A stretch of 63,085 bases of DNA, counting the filler, from Sphacelaria rigidula (Eukaryota): assembly GCA_964200075.2 (NCBI GenBank). It is 9 parts of 9 records of this genome, joined end to end, with 100 filler letters (N's around TTAATTAATTAA, not from the genome) between each part and the next. Parts side by side here need not be neighbours in the genome. Positions count along the whole stretch, not along the records: positions 1 to 6,922 come from CAXNAA020017391.1; positions 7,023 to 13,943 come from CAXNAA020017392.1; 7 more parts are not named here. One strand, 5' to 3'. Shown piece after piece: positions 1-11,568 of this stretch (position 1 is its first letter; every line of letters begins with the position of its first letter). Both the position numbers and the translations under genes were made by a program. The notes beneath the pieces are model-generated. The model saw only the letters and a program-made list of their open reading frames with translations, had not been told where the DNA came from and did not search any database.

Positions 1-51
1 CCACCCCCCCCTCCCCACCCTCCCCCCCGCCCCCCCCCCCCCCCCCCCCTC

Positions 52-213
52 TCCCCGTCTCGAAAGGGATGCGTGGTCAATGGTCAAACGACTAAGGCAA
101 GCAACAAATGAGTACGCCCCCCCCTCTCCCCCGCTGCTCCGTCTCCAAAGGGATGCGCGGTCAATGGTCAAACGACTAAGGCAAGCAACAAATGACGAAT
201 GAGTACGCCCTCC
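52..213 (+). mobile_element. Two tandem 5'-truncated 3' ends of the poly(C)-tailed LINE family
   Basis: CCGTCTCGAAAGGGATGCGTGGTCAATGGTCAAACGACTAAGGCAAGCAACAAATGAGTACGCCC occurs twice, each copy between C runs. The same motif ends the LINE at ~16345-16417. Confidence 0.85.
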
Positions 214-2644
214 ACCCGAACCCCCCCCCGCCGCCGGTGGATAACGAAAGCGGTGGACGCTTCGCGGCAATTTTCTCTCCCGCCCACATGTTTTCACGTC
301 ACTCTGAACATCCTCGACACAGGGAGGCGTTCTCTACGACGCAGCTGGGTCAGACGAGAAACATCCTCGCACACAGCACAGTCCAATCGGACAGTCGATG
401 TTGAAAGTGCAGACAACGCCCATTCAACACATGAACACGCCCAGGTCATCGAGCGGGCTAAAGAAGACGTTTCAAGGCGGAAGCTCCCCATGACCAAGAG
501 CGCAAATTTCGGGGGACAAGCGTCGTAATGCTATCCTCGTCCCCCCTCGACAAACAAGCAAGCGCCATCGTCTAGTCTTGTCATCAACAGTCGCCTGAAG
601 GAGGACGTATTGCTACCGTCAAGTCGCCAAAATCCGCCGAAATAAGGAGCGGGAACTCGGGGCAGGACGTTTTCAAACCGGAACTTAAAATAAAAAGATT
701 GTAATCATCAGCCCCCAGGGAGGGTGTGTGTTCAGTGAGGAATACACAAATCTCTAAGAGGAAGATTGGGCCGAACGTTCAGGAGCACAGCTACTCTAGG
801 CACCTTCTCGCGCACGGCTACACTAGTAATAGTGTCCACTAGCACGGCTACATAGCACGACAGTAACTTCACATCGTCTCAGGTGAAGGCATTTGGCCGC
901 TATTGGCAGAGAGCAAAATCGTGAGGCCGGGAAAACATGCGGTTTCGGCAGAATGCAATCCGCTCCCGTTGAATCCCTCCTCCCTATACCCCCCCCATCT
1001 CACGTGTACAATTTTCGTCTCCATCTTACCATGCAGGCTGTCATCTAGAGAACGTGTGATGAAAAACATGTCTATCCGACCCACAAACCGAGAAAAACAA
1101 AAAACAAAAAAGTGGGGAATTCCAATCAACGTTCACAACAGTAGTGACTAATGCATAACTCTTGAAGCAGCCTTGCCACAGGAAGAAACGAGAGCGATCC
1201 CCCCTCCCTGCCCCCCACTTCCCTATTTCACCGGACCAGAGATGCACCATGAGACACGTTCATCGAACGCGCTTGGACTCGAAAAAAAACGGTAGGGTAG
1301 ACCTTTCAGTCGATGTCCACGTGCGTGGGAAAATATCCGGCATCCTTCCATCAGACATGGCAGTACAGTCTCAATCGCAAACTTATTAGTAGGAGGGGGG
1401 AGCGCTTCGTGATGGGGATCGGCATATCCCAAAATACGGTCACGATGCTGAAGATCATTGCCTCAAAAACGTTTTCATGGGGTACTTCTTCGATAGTCCA
1501 CGCCGTGTGGTTCCTGTCCCGGAAAAAACGAGAAGGTTCTACTGTGAAGTAATAAAGTACAAAATACGCTGGGTGAACATAACGGTGTAAAAGCATTCAA
1601 GAGGAAACAGGAGTCATATGGAGATATAGATATGCGCGGTGTCGCGCTCGTTTCTCTAGACGATATTGTCGACGCCTACCTACCATTCATGGTGAGGAAC
1701 AACACACCAAACCTACCTACACAAAAATGGATCGACTACATAAACGACACCGGAAGCGTACGGGGGTATGTTTCCGATACTACAGCACAGCGGAAGCAAT
1801 CGACCTCCTGTAATGGAGAAGACCTACATGTCTACATTTCAATCGGCGACATGCACATATTGTATAACATTTCCATGAAGCCAGAGCTCCGAACGAGTAA
1901 ACAAGTAGTGGAGGATCTGTCTATTGATAGCTGAAACTTTTTATTTGCTGACCATGCGGAAACAGAGAGGGAGAGGGAGAGGGAGAGGGAGAGAGACACC
2001 TGCGGCGGCTGGTAGCTTCATTTCCTTTGGACCCACGCATCAGTCAAACTCCTCACATAAAAAATCCGCAAATACGTGAAAAACAGGCGATTCATAAACA
2101 TGGCCTCGGGCAATACGTCAACACCTACAGCTACTGCCTCGTGGACACCTATACACAACACACGCCGTCCATGAGCACGAGTAGTACGCGTCTTTGCCGT
2201 TTGTACCAGCTACTCGATACTGGTGACACTTCGGCGCTACCGTCAGCCATACCCCAGGTAACACTTACCAAAAATCCTCGACTCATCAAGCAGAGTAAAT
2301 GGAGTGGACAAAAACTGGAAGGTCACGACACATCTGATCTGTTGTCTACTAAACTAAACGATCATTTTCCACTGCCTGCCTCCGTGACGCTGTCGACACA
2401 AATACAAACAAAAAATGCGGGCAGGTGAGGCGGGACTCCGTTCATGACACGAAATAAAACGAATTCGGCATGCGGCCTCGCCCCAGGATCTCCCCCCTCC
2501 CCATGCTCAGTGCTCCTACTACACTCAGTGTCAGTCCAAACCTTGAACCAGGCTCGCATCGTACCCAGCGAACGAATCTGGAGCCTCCGTGTGGTCAGGA
2601 ACACGGCCTTGCTGCTCTCGCTGCTGCTGCAGGAGTTGCAATTT

Positions 2645-5107
2645 TTACTGCGCCAGAGTAGTGGCTCCGCTGCGGCGGTAAAAGGAACAACCGTCGTCGC
2701 CTCCACGGCCACCACCGCCTGTCCCCGGCGTGGGTCTAGCCGCTTCCACCTGCTCGTGAGCTTCAGCATGGCTATTGCAGACACTGTCACCGCAGATTAA
2801 CACGCCGATACCTCCAACACTCGTGTTGTTCGGCACGGTGACAACGCTGGGAGAACTGCTTGAGACAAACTTGTCGAGGGGGGGAAAGTCGGGTGGGGGT
2901 TGTTGCTGTTGCCGCCGTTGCTGCTGCCGAGTACCGAGCAGGTGTTGCGGGAAAGAGAAAAGCCTACTTGAGTCGAGGTACATCGGGCGTCCCGATGTAC
3001 CTCTCCCCTTGTCGCCACTTCCGCTGCTGCCCCATGCCCCCCCGCCAGAGGTGGCAACATCAAACTGCTTCGATTCGCCGAAATCAGTGCGTTGGTCCAT
3101 GACATCAACGATTGTCCCTACGGCCCGCGACAGGTCTGCATCTGTCCAGCCACTGGACAAGTCTCGGGTTTCGACAGGACCGCCACGGCCGGCGTTGCTG
3201 TCAACGCTGAGTCTCGCCTGGTGGTTGCTGCTGCTGCTGCTTTTGCTGCTTCCGTCGCCAGAGTTGACCAAATCGCCCCAGTTAATTGAAACGCGACTTA
3301 TCTTGGACCCACCCCCTGGCCTCGGCCCCGCGCTCGCCAATCCCTTCCATTCGCCTCCGTGACCCGCGTGCTTCGTGTCCGATGCACGCGGCCCCTCCCG
3401 GTGCTGTTGCTGGAATCCGCCGGCGATGGCAACGCCATCAGAACGGGAGACCATGTTAGGAGAAGTTGAACGGGTGTATTTGCCCAATAGTGCAGGATGT
3501 TGCTGCTGTTGGCGATGCTGACGGTGGCCAGACCGGTGCTGGAACAGCCGAGAGGGAACGCTGTCGCGACCGCCGTCGGCCGTGTTGGTGTCGGTGACTA
3601 TCTGGACTTGCCCGCCGACCTTGCCGCCGCCAAAGTGATCCCCGTGGCTGCTGCCGGCAGGACAAACGCCCAACAAGGATTCGCTGATCCTCAAGTCCCG
3701 ACTTGAGTTTGTATCGTGTTCCTCTGTAATCATACCGTTGCAATCATGCAGGTCTATGCTGTGGTCGACTTCTGGTCGCGGCCGCGCCACCACCGACGGC
3801 GACGACGACGGCACATCCACCCCAAACTTCGTCGCCACCGCGCCCTCCGCCACCGCGTCACCGTCGCCCCCGTTTCCGTCCTCGAGAAACTCGTCACCGC
3901 TCGCCCACACCGCGTACTCCAAAATTTCGCCGAGATCGTCGCACATGCTGCCCGCATCAACAGAACAACCGCCAACGTCACCGTCCCGCCACGGGCTCAG
4001 ATCACCACCGCTGACAACGTTGCATGCGGACTTCGACAAATTCGGCGCGACCGCGGCGGAGCTACTGCGCACTCGCCATGAGTCAGTGTTTTCCTCTCTT
4101 CCCACTATGGCCAAGGATGGATTCTGTAGCCAAGAAGTCTCGAAACCCCCGCTCTCGTAGCTGATGCGGTGCACGGGATCCGTTGCGGTGGCGGTGGCGG
4201 TGGTGGTTGTCTGTTTCTGCGCCGCCGCTACTGAGGTAGCTGCGAGGCGAGATTGTATATTGAACTGATCCGTCGATACCGACGGCGGACTGGAGGCAAT
4301 AGATCCTCCCTCTTCGAGATTGTCGGATCTCATCATAATCGTAGTGGTGAATATCGTGGGCCGTGAGGGCTCGGTAGCAACAACCTGGGGAGACGGCGTG
4401 GCCGCCGTAGCGCCCGTGTGGCTTCGGCTACTACTACTAGTGGCACTAGTAGTCGCAGCGCCACTACCCGATTCCTGCAGTCCGCACGTTTCCCCGTGCA
4501 CCTTGCTCCCCAACTTCCTGTCCGTCGCTCTTGTCCTTCCCGTTGCCCCCGTCGGTGTGGCTTTATCTAGTGATCTTGCTGCGGCCGCCGCTGCAGTCGA
4601 AGGGTCGGGTTTTGCGGCTGATTTTGATTCAGTTTTGGCCGTGCCCCGGGACTTGGTCTCGTTCAGGGTTGTAATCTTTACTCCGAGCTTCGATGAGGGA
4701 GCATCGTCACCACCCCCGTCTTTGCCGCTCCTCTGGTGCGTCGCGGATCCAGTAGATTGCCATCCCGCAACGTCACCAAGATGGATGGTGTGGGTGGTGA
4801 GGCTTATCCGAGGCGCAGCTGTCGCGGCCGCAGCCGATCGCGCAGGTTCCACTCGGCCGGCTCGCTTTTTGACGGGTTGATTCCAATGTTCAGGCACCAG
4901 AAGGGAGGAGTTGAGTGGCAGCGGTCGATTTTTCGAGGAAGGAGGTGACGGCGAACGGAGCAAAAGAGATTTTTCCGGCGTTTTTTGTTCTGTTTGCGGA
5001 GAGATGTTCCTTCGTTTCACCATGGCACAGTCATCATCACCAGCATCATCATGACTCCCACCATCGTCCGTTTTCGGCACGCTTCCCTTCGGGCCGCTTT
5101 TCTGGCG
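2645..5107 (-). CDS. Large low-complexity exon of a Zn(II)2Cys6 transcription factor gene
   Basis: 811-aa ORF rich in S/G/T/A/Q. The frame is closed upstream by TGA followed by an acceptor (tgtgtttatgacag|cgc, 5107). The exon starts RQKSGPKG, the basic linker typical right after a zinc cluster, and phase 0 matches the exon at 6390-6482. Confidence 0.75.
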   Translation of the reverse strand, partial: RQKSGPKGSVPKTDDGGSHDDAGDDDCAMVKRRNISPQTEQKTPEKSLLLRSPSPPSSKNRPLPLNSSLLVPEHWNQPVKKRAGRVEPARSAAAATAAPRISLTTHTIHLGDVAGWQSTGSATHQRSGKDGGGDDAPSSKLGVKITTLNETKSRGTAKTESKSAAKPDPSTAAAAAARSLDKATPTGATGRTRATDRKLGSKVHGETCGLQESGSGAATTSATSSSSRSHTGATAATPSPQVVATEPSRPTIFTTTIMMRSDNLEEGGSIASSPPSVSTDQFNIQSRLAATSVAAAQKQTTTTATATATDPVHRISYESGGFETSWLQNPSLAIVGREENTDSWRVRSSSAAVAPNLSKSACNVVSGGDLSPWRDGDVGGCSVDAGSMCDDLGEILEYAVWASGDEFLEDGNGGDGDAVAEGAVATKFGVDVPSSSPSVVARPRPEVDHSIDLHDCNGMITEEHDTNSSRDLRISESLLGVCPAGSSHGDHFGGGKVGGQVQIVTDTNTADGGRDSVPSRLFQHRSGHRQHRQQQQHPALLGKYTRSTSPNMVSRSDGVAIAGGFQQQHREGPRASDTKHAGHGGEWKGLASAGPRPGGGSKISRVSINWGDLVNSGDGSSKSSSSSNHQARLSVDSNAGRGGPVETRDLSSGWTDADLSRAVGTIVDVMDQRTDFGESKQFDVATSGGGAWGSSGSGDKGRGTSGRPMYLDSSRLFSFPQHLLGTRQQQRRQQQQPPPDFPPLDKFVSSSSPSVVTVPNNTSVGGIGVLICGDSVCNSHAEAHEQVEAARPTPGTGGGGRGGDDGCSFYRRSGATTLAQ

Positions 5108-5243
5108 CTGTCATAAACACACGTACAAATTCGGGTGCCATGGCCAACAATACAGGTCGGGCCACGGGTGCAATTAGGTGCAATAAAAATGTTACCGGTG
5201 CGGGATGTATCCATGGTTGACACATTTTTGAAGTAACGTTGAG

Positions 5244-5478
5244 ACTAACCCTAATGATAAACCCCAACTCCAACGCAACGAATACAGCCTGTCACGAGAA
5301 CCTTCGGGCAAGGATGGTGCAAAACGCGCCCAAGGCTGCCCGGAGCAAGGGTGTGCATCGCCAACCCTGAAATCGGCGCCTGTGGCGTTGGTTCAGACAA
5401 AATCGCGTTCTGTCAACATTGAGAAGCACTCGGGACTGTAAGCCCCACTTAAGATCCGAATCTTGCTGTTGTCAGACC
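5244..5478 (+). repeat. Dispersed ~230-bp repeat starting with a telomere-like CCCTAA/CCCCAA tract; second copy at ~24205-24412
   Basis: Shared colinear blocks GAGAACC..GGGCAAGG, AAATCGGCGCC(T/C)GTGGCG, CGCGTTCTG, GACTGT(A/T)AGCCCCACT and TCCGA..CT..TGTTG in two different contigs. Confidence 0.7.
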
Positions 5479-6389
5479 GTTTTTGTACTGCTGCCCAAAT
5501 CTGTCTCTTTCTTGCGGTGACTGTAATTTAGTATCTCGATTTGAGCGGAGAGGTGAGATACATGCAAAAGTGAACGTCGAGAGAAAAGTAGAACTGATCT
5601 GCTTTCCTTACACCTGGCCGAGAAACATTGCCCAACGGATTGGGGTCCGACAAACCAATCCACGGGAGGAAATCGCCCGCAGGTGAACTGAAATCGCCCG
5701 ATTGAATGTTCTAAACGACCAAGGGGTAAACTCTGCTGGATTTATGGAAGTACGACTTTTACCTTGAATAAAAAAGGGTTGCACTCGAATTAAGTTACAT
5801 CAACCATAGATACAAATAATGGCCGCGCCAAATGCGTGGGCGGGGCCACCACGCCCATCTAGACGAAATTTTGGAGATGATTGCGAGGTGCGGATAGGTA
5901 TAAATACAGCTGCCCAGGTCGTGGGTACATTTTTCTCCCCGATTATTTAACCCTTTCACATCCTTCCCCCCTTCCCCCCGCCCCCACGAAGTTGGTTGAT
6001 CTCACTGAAGGGCTGATCAGTGGTGCTTAGTTTGCACGGGAGTACCTGGTATCGGGACGCATGTGTGAGCAGGAGCGGTGATTGTTTATGCTTCCCTCAA
6101 ATGTTTTTGTACTCGAGACACGCGATGGGACATCCCGAAATCTCGGGCAGATTCGAAGACCCCGAAAAGAAGCATAATTCAACTACTGCGATAAGTGCTG
6201 CGGACTGACAGTAGTCATTGCCACGAAAAAAAGACACCAGCATCACCAACACACCAGCATCATCAACACACACGCTCACAACACAACGCAAGAACCCATT
6301 CACATGAAGGACCGCTTCCCCCCCTCCGTCCCCCACCTCCGATAAGCACATACAGATATAGCGAGCGTGATTGGACCGAGGATGAATAC

Positions 6390-6482
6390 CTGGCTGTAAA
6401 CGCACGGGACACCTCGCTTAGCGCACAGCGAACAGCGATCCTTTCCATCACACCTCCGTTTGGCGGAGGCACAGGAGTTGCA
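6390..6482 (-). CDS. Exon encoding a complete GAL4-type Zn(II)2Cys6 binuclear cluster
   Basis: cactag|TGC...CAG|gtattc, 93 bp, reads CNSCASAKRRCDGKDRCSLCAKRGVPCVYSQ = C-x2-C-x6-C-x5-C-x2-C-x6-C. Not in the ORF track. Confidence 0.9.
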
Positions 6483-6687
6483 CTAGTGACATCATGATGT
6501 GACCGGAAAATAATAGCACAAGGCGCAGACGGCCAACAGTTGAGCAACAGAGAAAGACAGGGAGGAACGAGCCAACACGTTGAGTACAGGACAGTTGCAG
6601 CAGCGCTATATGGACAATATCGAGCGCGGTGCGGGGGTACAAGGATATTGGACAATCCTCGGGGGAAAACAAACGCGGCAGGCTAAC

Positions 6688-6728
6688 ACTTCTTCGGCAA
6701 ACGATTCGAACAGTTTGTGCCGACTGTA
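6688..6728 (-). CDS. Probable short upstream exon of the Zn2Cys6 gene
   Basis: Reads ..QSAQTVRIVCRRS|gttagc. Splicing in phase 0 gives RRS-CNSC, the usual basic lead-in to the cluster. The acceptor is ambiguous (6728 or 6723). Confidence 0.5.
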
Positions 6729-6922
6729 CTGCTCAGAGATCAAGTGAAGGAGTGTGTATTTCGGAGTTCTTGGCATATTCAGCAGAAACCAATACTACTG
6801 TAAGATGCCGAGATATTTGGGGGGGGGGGGGTGGGGGGGGGGGGGGGCATAAACGGAGGCCGCCCACTACGCGCAACGTCATCATCCTCGCCCCACCGAT
6901 TTTCCCATCTTGGGACCGCGTT

Positions 6923-7022
6923 NNNNNNNNNNNNNNNNNNNNNNNNNNNNNNNNNNNNNNNNNNNNTTAATTAATTAANNNNNNNNNNNNNNNNNNNNNN
7001 NNNNNNNNNNNNNNNNNNNNNN
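6923..7022. other. Artificial 100-bp contig spacer (N44-TTAATTAATTAA-N44); also at 13944, 20965, 27986, 35006, 42026, 49046, 56066
   Basis: Identical spacer with stops in all six frames, recurring every 7020-7021 bp. Confidence 0.98.
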
Positions 7023-7023
7023 T

Positions 7024-8100
7024 GTGGTGCAAGATAGGGTGAAGGTCGGCGGCGGTGGAGACAGGCACGACATTTTGACGGGCAAGAAGGCGACACAACA
7101 TAGGCCTGTCCGAGTGCGCAGGCACGAGAGGGCTACAGGTGTTGCCGCGATTGCCGTCAAGGAGCAAGCCGGACAGAAGATGACGGCTGTAGCAAGTATG
7201 TGTGATGCTGCTGCTGCTGCTGGCGATGTTGAGAGAGCGGGGCCTACATGGGCCAACGAGCAAGTGCTGGTGGGCGGAGGTCCCAGTAGCTTGCTGTCGC
7301 CAGACCAGCGCGTAGCTGGAGATATTCCTTGCATGCTCGAAGCTGCAGCGGGGTGTTGTTCGCGTATGGCGAACGAGCAGGGTGAGCAAGGAGCTTGCCG
7401 TGCTCATGGCAAAACTATCTGCGCCAGTGACATGGCGGGAGATCGTTCAGATAATCCGCAGGGGCGTCTGCTTGAAGGACAGGTGGATGCCGGGTTGGCG
7501 GAATTGCCGCCGGAGCATCGCGTAGCTGTGGACACGCCTTGCATGATCGAAACAACAGGGGCGTGTGACCCGCGTGAAGCGGGTACGCAGAGCGAGCTGC
7601 AGGTTCGTGATGCTATGAGCGATCACTTTTCTGACGGCGACGACGAGCGTCGCGTGGTGTTGGGGTGGTCGTGTGCACTACTGTATACATGGACAGGTTT
7701 GGCGTATTTGGCGGCGTTGATTGCTGTGTCTTTGCCGCTGTACGGTCAGGTGCTGGAGGAGGATGGCGTGATGCCATCAGAAGATGTTGCTGTGCGGGAC
7801 TGTGTAGCTGTTCCCGTTTCGCCTCTGGGTTCCTCTGTGCGAGCGACTGAAGAACGAGCGTTTGTGAATGCGCAAGCATCTGTGGAGGCAGAGGATCTGT
7901 CGCATTGGTTTGGCGGTGCGAATATACCTTTGAGAGGCGTGTTGAGCTACACCATGGGGGTGTCAGGTGTAGCTAGACTGAAGGTGCAAGGAGGGAGTGT
8001 CCGAGAGGAAAGGCTGCTCTACGCTGTGCACTGGGTTGTGGTTCGAGTGCTGCTGTTTCTCAGGAGCGGGCTGGAGGACTACAAAGAAGGCATTACCTGA
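7024..8100 (+). CDS. Unidentified 358-aa ORF, open at the contig edge, probably the intact part of a decayed element
   Basis: Long intronless ORF with an internal repeat (RVAGDIPCMLEAAAGC / RVAVDTPCMIETTGAC) and a hydrophobic stretch. It is followed by ~1.7 kb of stop-riddled sequence of similar composition. No domain recognised. Confidence 0.3.
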   Translation: MVQDRVKVGGGGDRHDILTGKKATQHRPVRVRRHERATGVAAIAVKEQAGQKMTAVASMCDAAAAAGDVERAGPTWANEQVLVGGGPSSLLSPDQRVAGDIPCMLEAAAGCCSRMANEQGEQGACRAHGKTICASDMAGDRSDNPQGRLLEGQVDAGLAELPPEHRVAVDTPCMIETTGACDPREAGTQSELQVRDAMSDHFSDGDDERRVVLGWSCALLYTWTGLAYLAALIAVSLPLYGQVLEEDGVMPSEDVAVRDCVAVPVSPLGSSVRATEERAFVNAQASVEAEDLSHWFGGANIPLRGVLSYTMGVSGVARLKVQGGSVREERLLYAVHWVVVRVLLFLRSGLEDYKEGIT

Positions 8101-10589
8101 GGTGTTTGCTGTTGTGGTGAGCGCCGAGTTGGGTATTGATGTTGAGGAGCAAGTGCTGTGGTGATTGAGTGCTTGTTGAGAATGAGGAAACACATTATGA
8201 CTGGTATTCGCGAATCGTTTTGATAATGATTTCAGCTTGGTATTGTGTGGTTTGTGGTCATGCTTGCGCATGAAACATGGTTGTTGAGCGAGTATGATCG
8301 TATCGCGTGTGCAGGGTAAAACTCTGGCGTACACGTGGGTATTTAGCATTTGTGTGTTGCACTGATCTGGTTGGCACGGATGATGCATGGTGTTTGCTGC
8401 GAGGAAGGTGGCATTGCATATGCTGAGTAAAATATTGACATGCTTGTGCGGATTTTCGTATGCTGAGTGGAATTTTGGCAGGCATGTGCGAATGTTTGCT
8501 CGAATGGTACTGATATGAATGGTATCTGGTGACGACCTAGGGTGGGGCAGTTTTCAATATACTGCTGTATGCTAAATGAAGTGAAGCTCGTATACTTTTG
8601 TTTGCGCAGAAACACAGTCGAATCATATTTGTGCGGTTTGCACGTACTGAGTGCAGGATATATGGATTGCTGCTGTTGGCGTGAAAATGAGCTGAAAGAT
8701 ACGAAATGCGTAGGCTCGTCGCATGTGAGCAGGTATGACGCGAGTACTTCCGATGGTTGAAGATAAAGACATTATGCGCGCATGCATCAATGATCTTTGA
8801 CCGTGGCATGTTCTTGTATGGATTGTCACGTGTTTGAACGAGTACGTGGTTGGTTTTTCGTTCATGTCAGAAGGAGCATGTGGATGATGCATCCATTTGT
8901 TCAAGAACTGGTGCAGGTGGACTGCAAGAGTGTCGAGGGGATCATTATTTCTACATTTTGGCTGATGAACGGATGGGATATGACGGTCCAAGATCTAAAC
9001 GAGGTAAAGAAATGTCTGGAATTTGCTCGAAAACAAGAGTTTGAGAGCGATAGTACCACGGGTGATGAATGATGGCGGAGGACGAGGTCCGTTCGCCGTC
9101 GTTGGATTTGTATGCATGACTTGAAAAGCGGTTTGAGCGATGGCTTTCCTTTGATTGTCTTTATGAAATGAAGGCAAGTTGAAGCATTGGAGCTTTGACG
9201 GCAGGGAGGCATGCGATGCATACGTTTTTTACGGTATTACAGAAGCAAGAGGTCAGGTGCGTTTTAGACTTGTTGGGTGCATTATTTCCTTCTAGCCTGA
9301 GGATGATGTATCATTTGGCTATTGCACTCCGTTGCGCAGGTGTTGAACGTACAAAGAGTGCATTTTGTATGTTGAGAAGAACTTTATCTCGGATGAGAGA
9401 GGCGATGAGTCACGAATGCTCTGGAATTTGACGTTTGCTGAAATTTCCGGTTCCGTGCCGATGAAGAGTCAAGGGGCTTGTTTTGGGCGAGATTTGAGAC
9501 TTTGGCGCTAGCTATCGCTTTGTAACTCGAAGCGGTGCAAGTAGCGTGATTGCATGTTCATGGTGGACGATATTTTCTTGGAATCTCTTGCGAGTTGTTC
9601 GAAAGTGAGGCAAGCTTGTATGGAGCTGTTGTCGAAAGCAGCGAAGAGATTGCATTTCTTTGCGGGAAACGACGGTACTATCAGGCACCAATCATGTCTG
9701 AGTTTGTCAAGCTCTGATGTAACTACTCGTTGGTAGTAGAGAGCTTTGGGGGTGCTGTAGACCTAGCCACCATTATTACCTAAGGTCAGGGACTTTGTAG
9801 GTGGAGTTGCGGGTCTGTTTGCCGGAGTCTGTGATGGTGACCTCCATGACGAGTGCAGCCGGTTGTGTTACTCTGGTGGAGAGAGTCTATATGGTCCTGT
9901 TCTCCTGTACTATGCTGAGGGTTAATACATAAATAACTAAAGCTGCTGAAGTCCATGTGCCCGTGATGGGAGGAGTCCACATGGCAATCTGATCTTGAGT
10001 GACAGAGGTCTACAGCCCACTACTGTACGACGTGCTGCAAATTATAGGGGAGGGTCGATTCGCACCAATGGATGGGGCCGGAGCTGCCCCGACCTCGCCA
10101 ATGATATGGCCCGAAGATTTTTGTCGATGCGGTCTACTGTCTTTTCCATGCTCTGCTGCTCATCATTTATACCCGTAGATCTGTAGACTGTTTCGTGTGT
10201 GTTTGTTCTACTCGATGATAAAAATCGCAAAAAAGGATGGATTTCTACGAGGGCTTGGCAACGAGACACCTAAGTCGCGAAAAGAGCCGGGAAGGGCCGG
10301 AGCGGAGCTCCGGCTCGGCTGGCTTGCGGTATATAGAGCAAACGTTCCTATTTCGGAACAGTACCAAATAAAGAACCCAGTTTTTTAATCGTCCATAGCT
10401 CCGCAAAACATTGATCGTTTCCCATTCTGTTTTTTTGATGCGTGTGCACAAGAGTACGAAGCTTCTTTTGAGCTACTGCACGTACCTTATGCGTCAGAAA
10501 ACGCCTTCGCACAGCACTCCGAATAAGGGTATGTGTGTCTTTTTTTCAAAATTCGCTTTTTGGTCGATCGGCTGCTAAGCATACAGAGA

Positions 10590-11100
10590 GTAAGGGGGGG
10601 GGCAGAACGTGCAGCAGAAGCCGTAGAAGCGGTACGCAGCGGTCGCATGACCTTCCATGCTGCTGTAGAAGCTTTTGACATCTTCGTTGATTTGCTGTAG
10701 AAGCATATCAGTGGTAGCGTGGGCAAAGCTGGCGGGGTTGGTCCGGGTACTATACTGTCGATGGATGAAGAAAATTCCATCGAAGATATGCTGAACTTTG
10801 CCGCAGCTCATCAACGGGCCTGAACAGGGATGGCCTGAAACAGGCGATTATGGCACTCTGGAGCGGCAACCGACGGGTGCTATAGGACTCGATGGTAGGA
10901 TCAGGTCGATAATGGCTCTTTCTTGTTCCTCCGGAGGCATCCGCGGCTAGGTGAGCGCAGCAACTGCATCTACAAGGCCGACAGCGTGGTGCGGCCGATG
11001 AAGAAGATCGCATGCCGGACTTTTATGCGGCCTGTGAGGACCACGTGGACAAAGAGAAGCCAGCAGCCGACCACAGATAGAACGCTGACAAGACAGGTGC
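10590..11100 (+). pseudogene. pogo/Tigger-family transposase N-terminal remnant (HTH-psq + CENP-B-type HTH to first catalytic Asp)
   Basis: Manual translation gives ERAAEAVEAVRSGRMTFHAAVEAFDI..., GPGTILSMDEENSIEDML, WLF/FLRRHPRL and *NADKTG (cf. IxNxDETG), with stops and frameshifts. Confidence 0.75.
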
Positions 11101-11568
11101 TTTAGAGTCTGTCAAGAGCCGTTCCGTGTATATGATACAACGCATGTGCCTGGAGCTAGAGCCAGAGGCTATTGCTGTGGAGTGATGTTTGCTCTCATTT
11201 ATGCTGCGTTTGAAACGGTATTATTTCCGCCGCATTACTTGCCGACAAGGCACTTGGCATTTGCCTGCTCATTGCTGTCTCGGCGTGTTCTATTGCTTGT
11301 ACTTACTCTGTATAGAGGTACTACACATACTGTCTGTAGAGGTGTTGCAAGTACCGCGGTTAGAGTTGGTGCCAGTACTGTGCGTAACACCCGATACAAT
11401 ACTTACTACTTTGTACCGTTCCCCGTCCCCCCCCCCCGCCACTCGTGCATATCTTCGCCGTAGGTGGGATCAGGGCGTGGAAGGTCATCGCCGAGAAAGA
11501 TTCGGCAAAGTCTTCGCTGCTTAGCTTGCTCTGTTTCGTGCTCGCTGCTGTCAGCGAGCGGCTTCCAA

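Noticed and set aside
52..213. CRISPR-like repeat-spacer array
   Set aside because: The repeats are ~65-bp LINE termini dispersed on both strands, with no regular spacers and no cas genes.
2775..4880. Plus-strand ORFs of 120-195 aa
   Set aside because: Antisense shadows of the GC-rich minus-strand exon.
6967..6978. TTAATTAATTAA recurring every ~7020 bp as a periodic biological motif
   Set aside because: It is embedded in N runs and is an assembly linker; ORFs running into it are artefacts.
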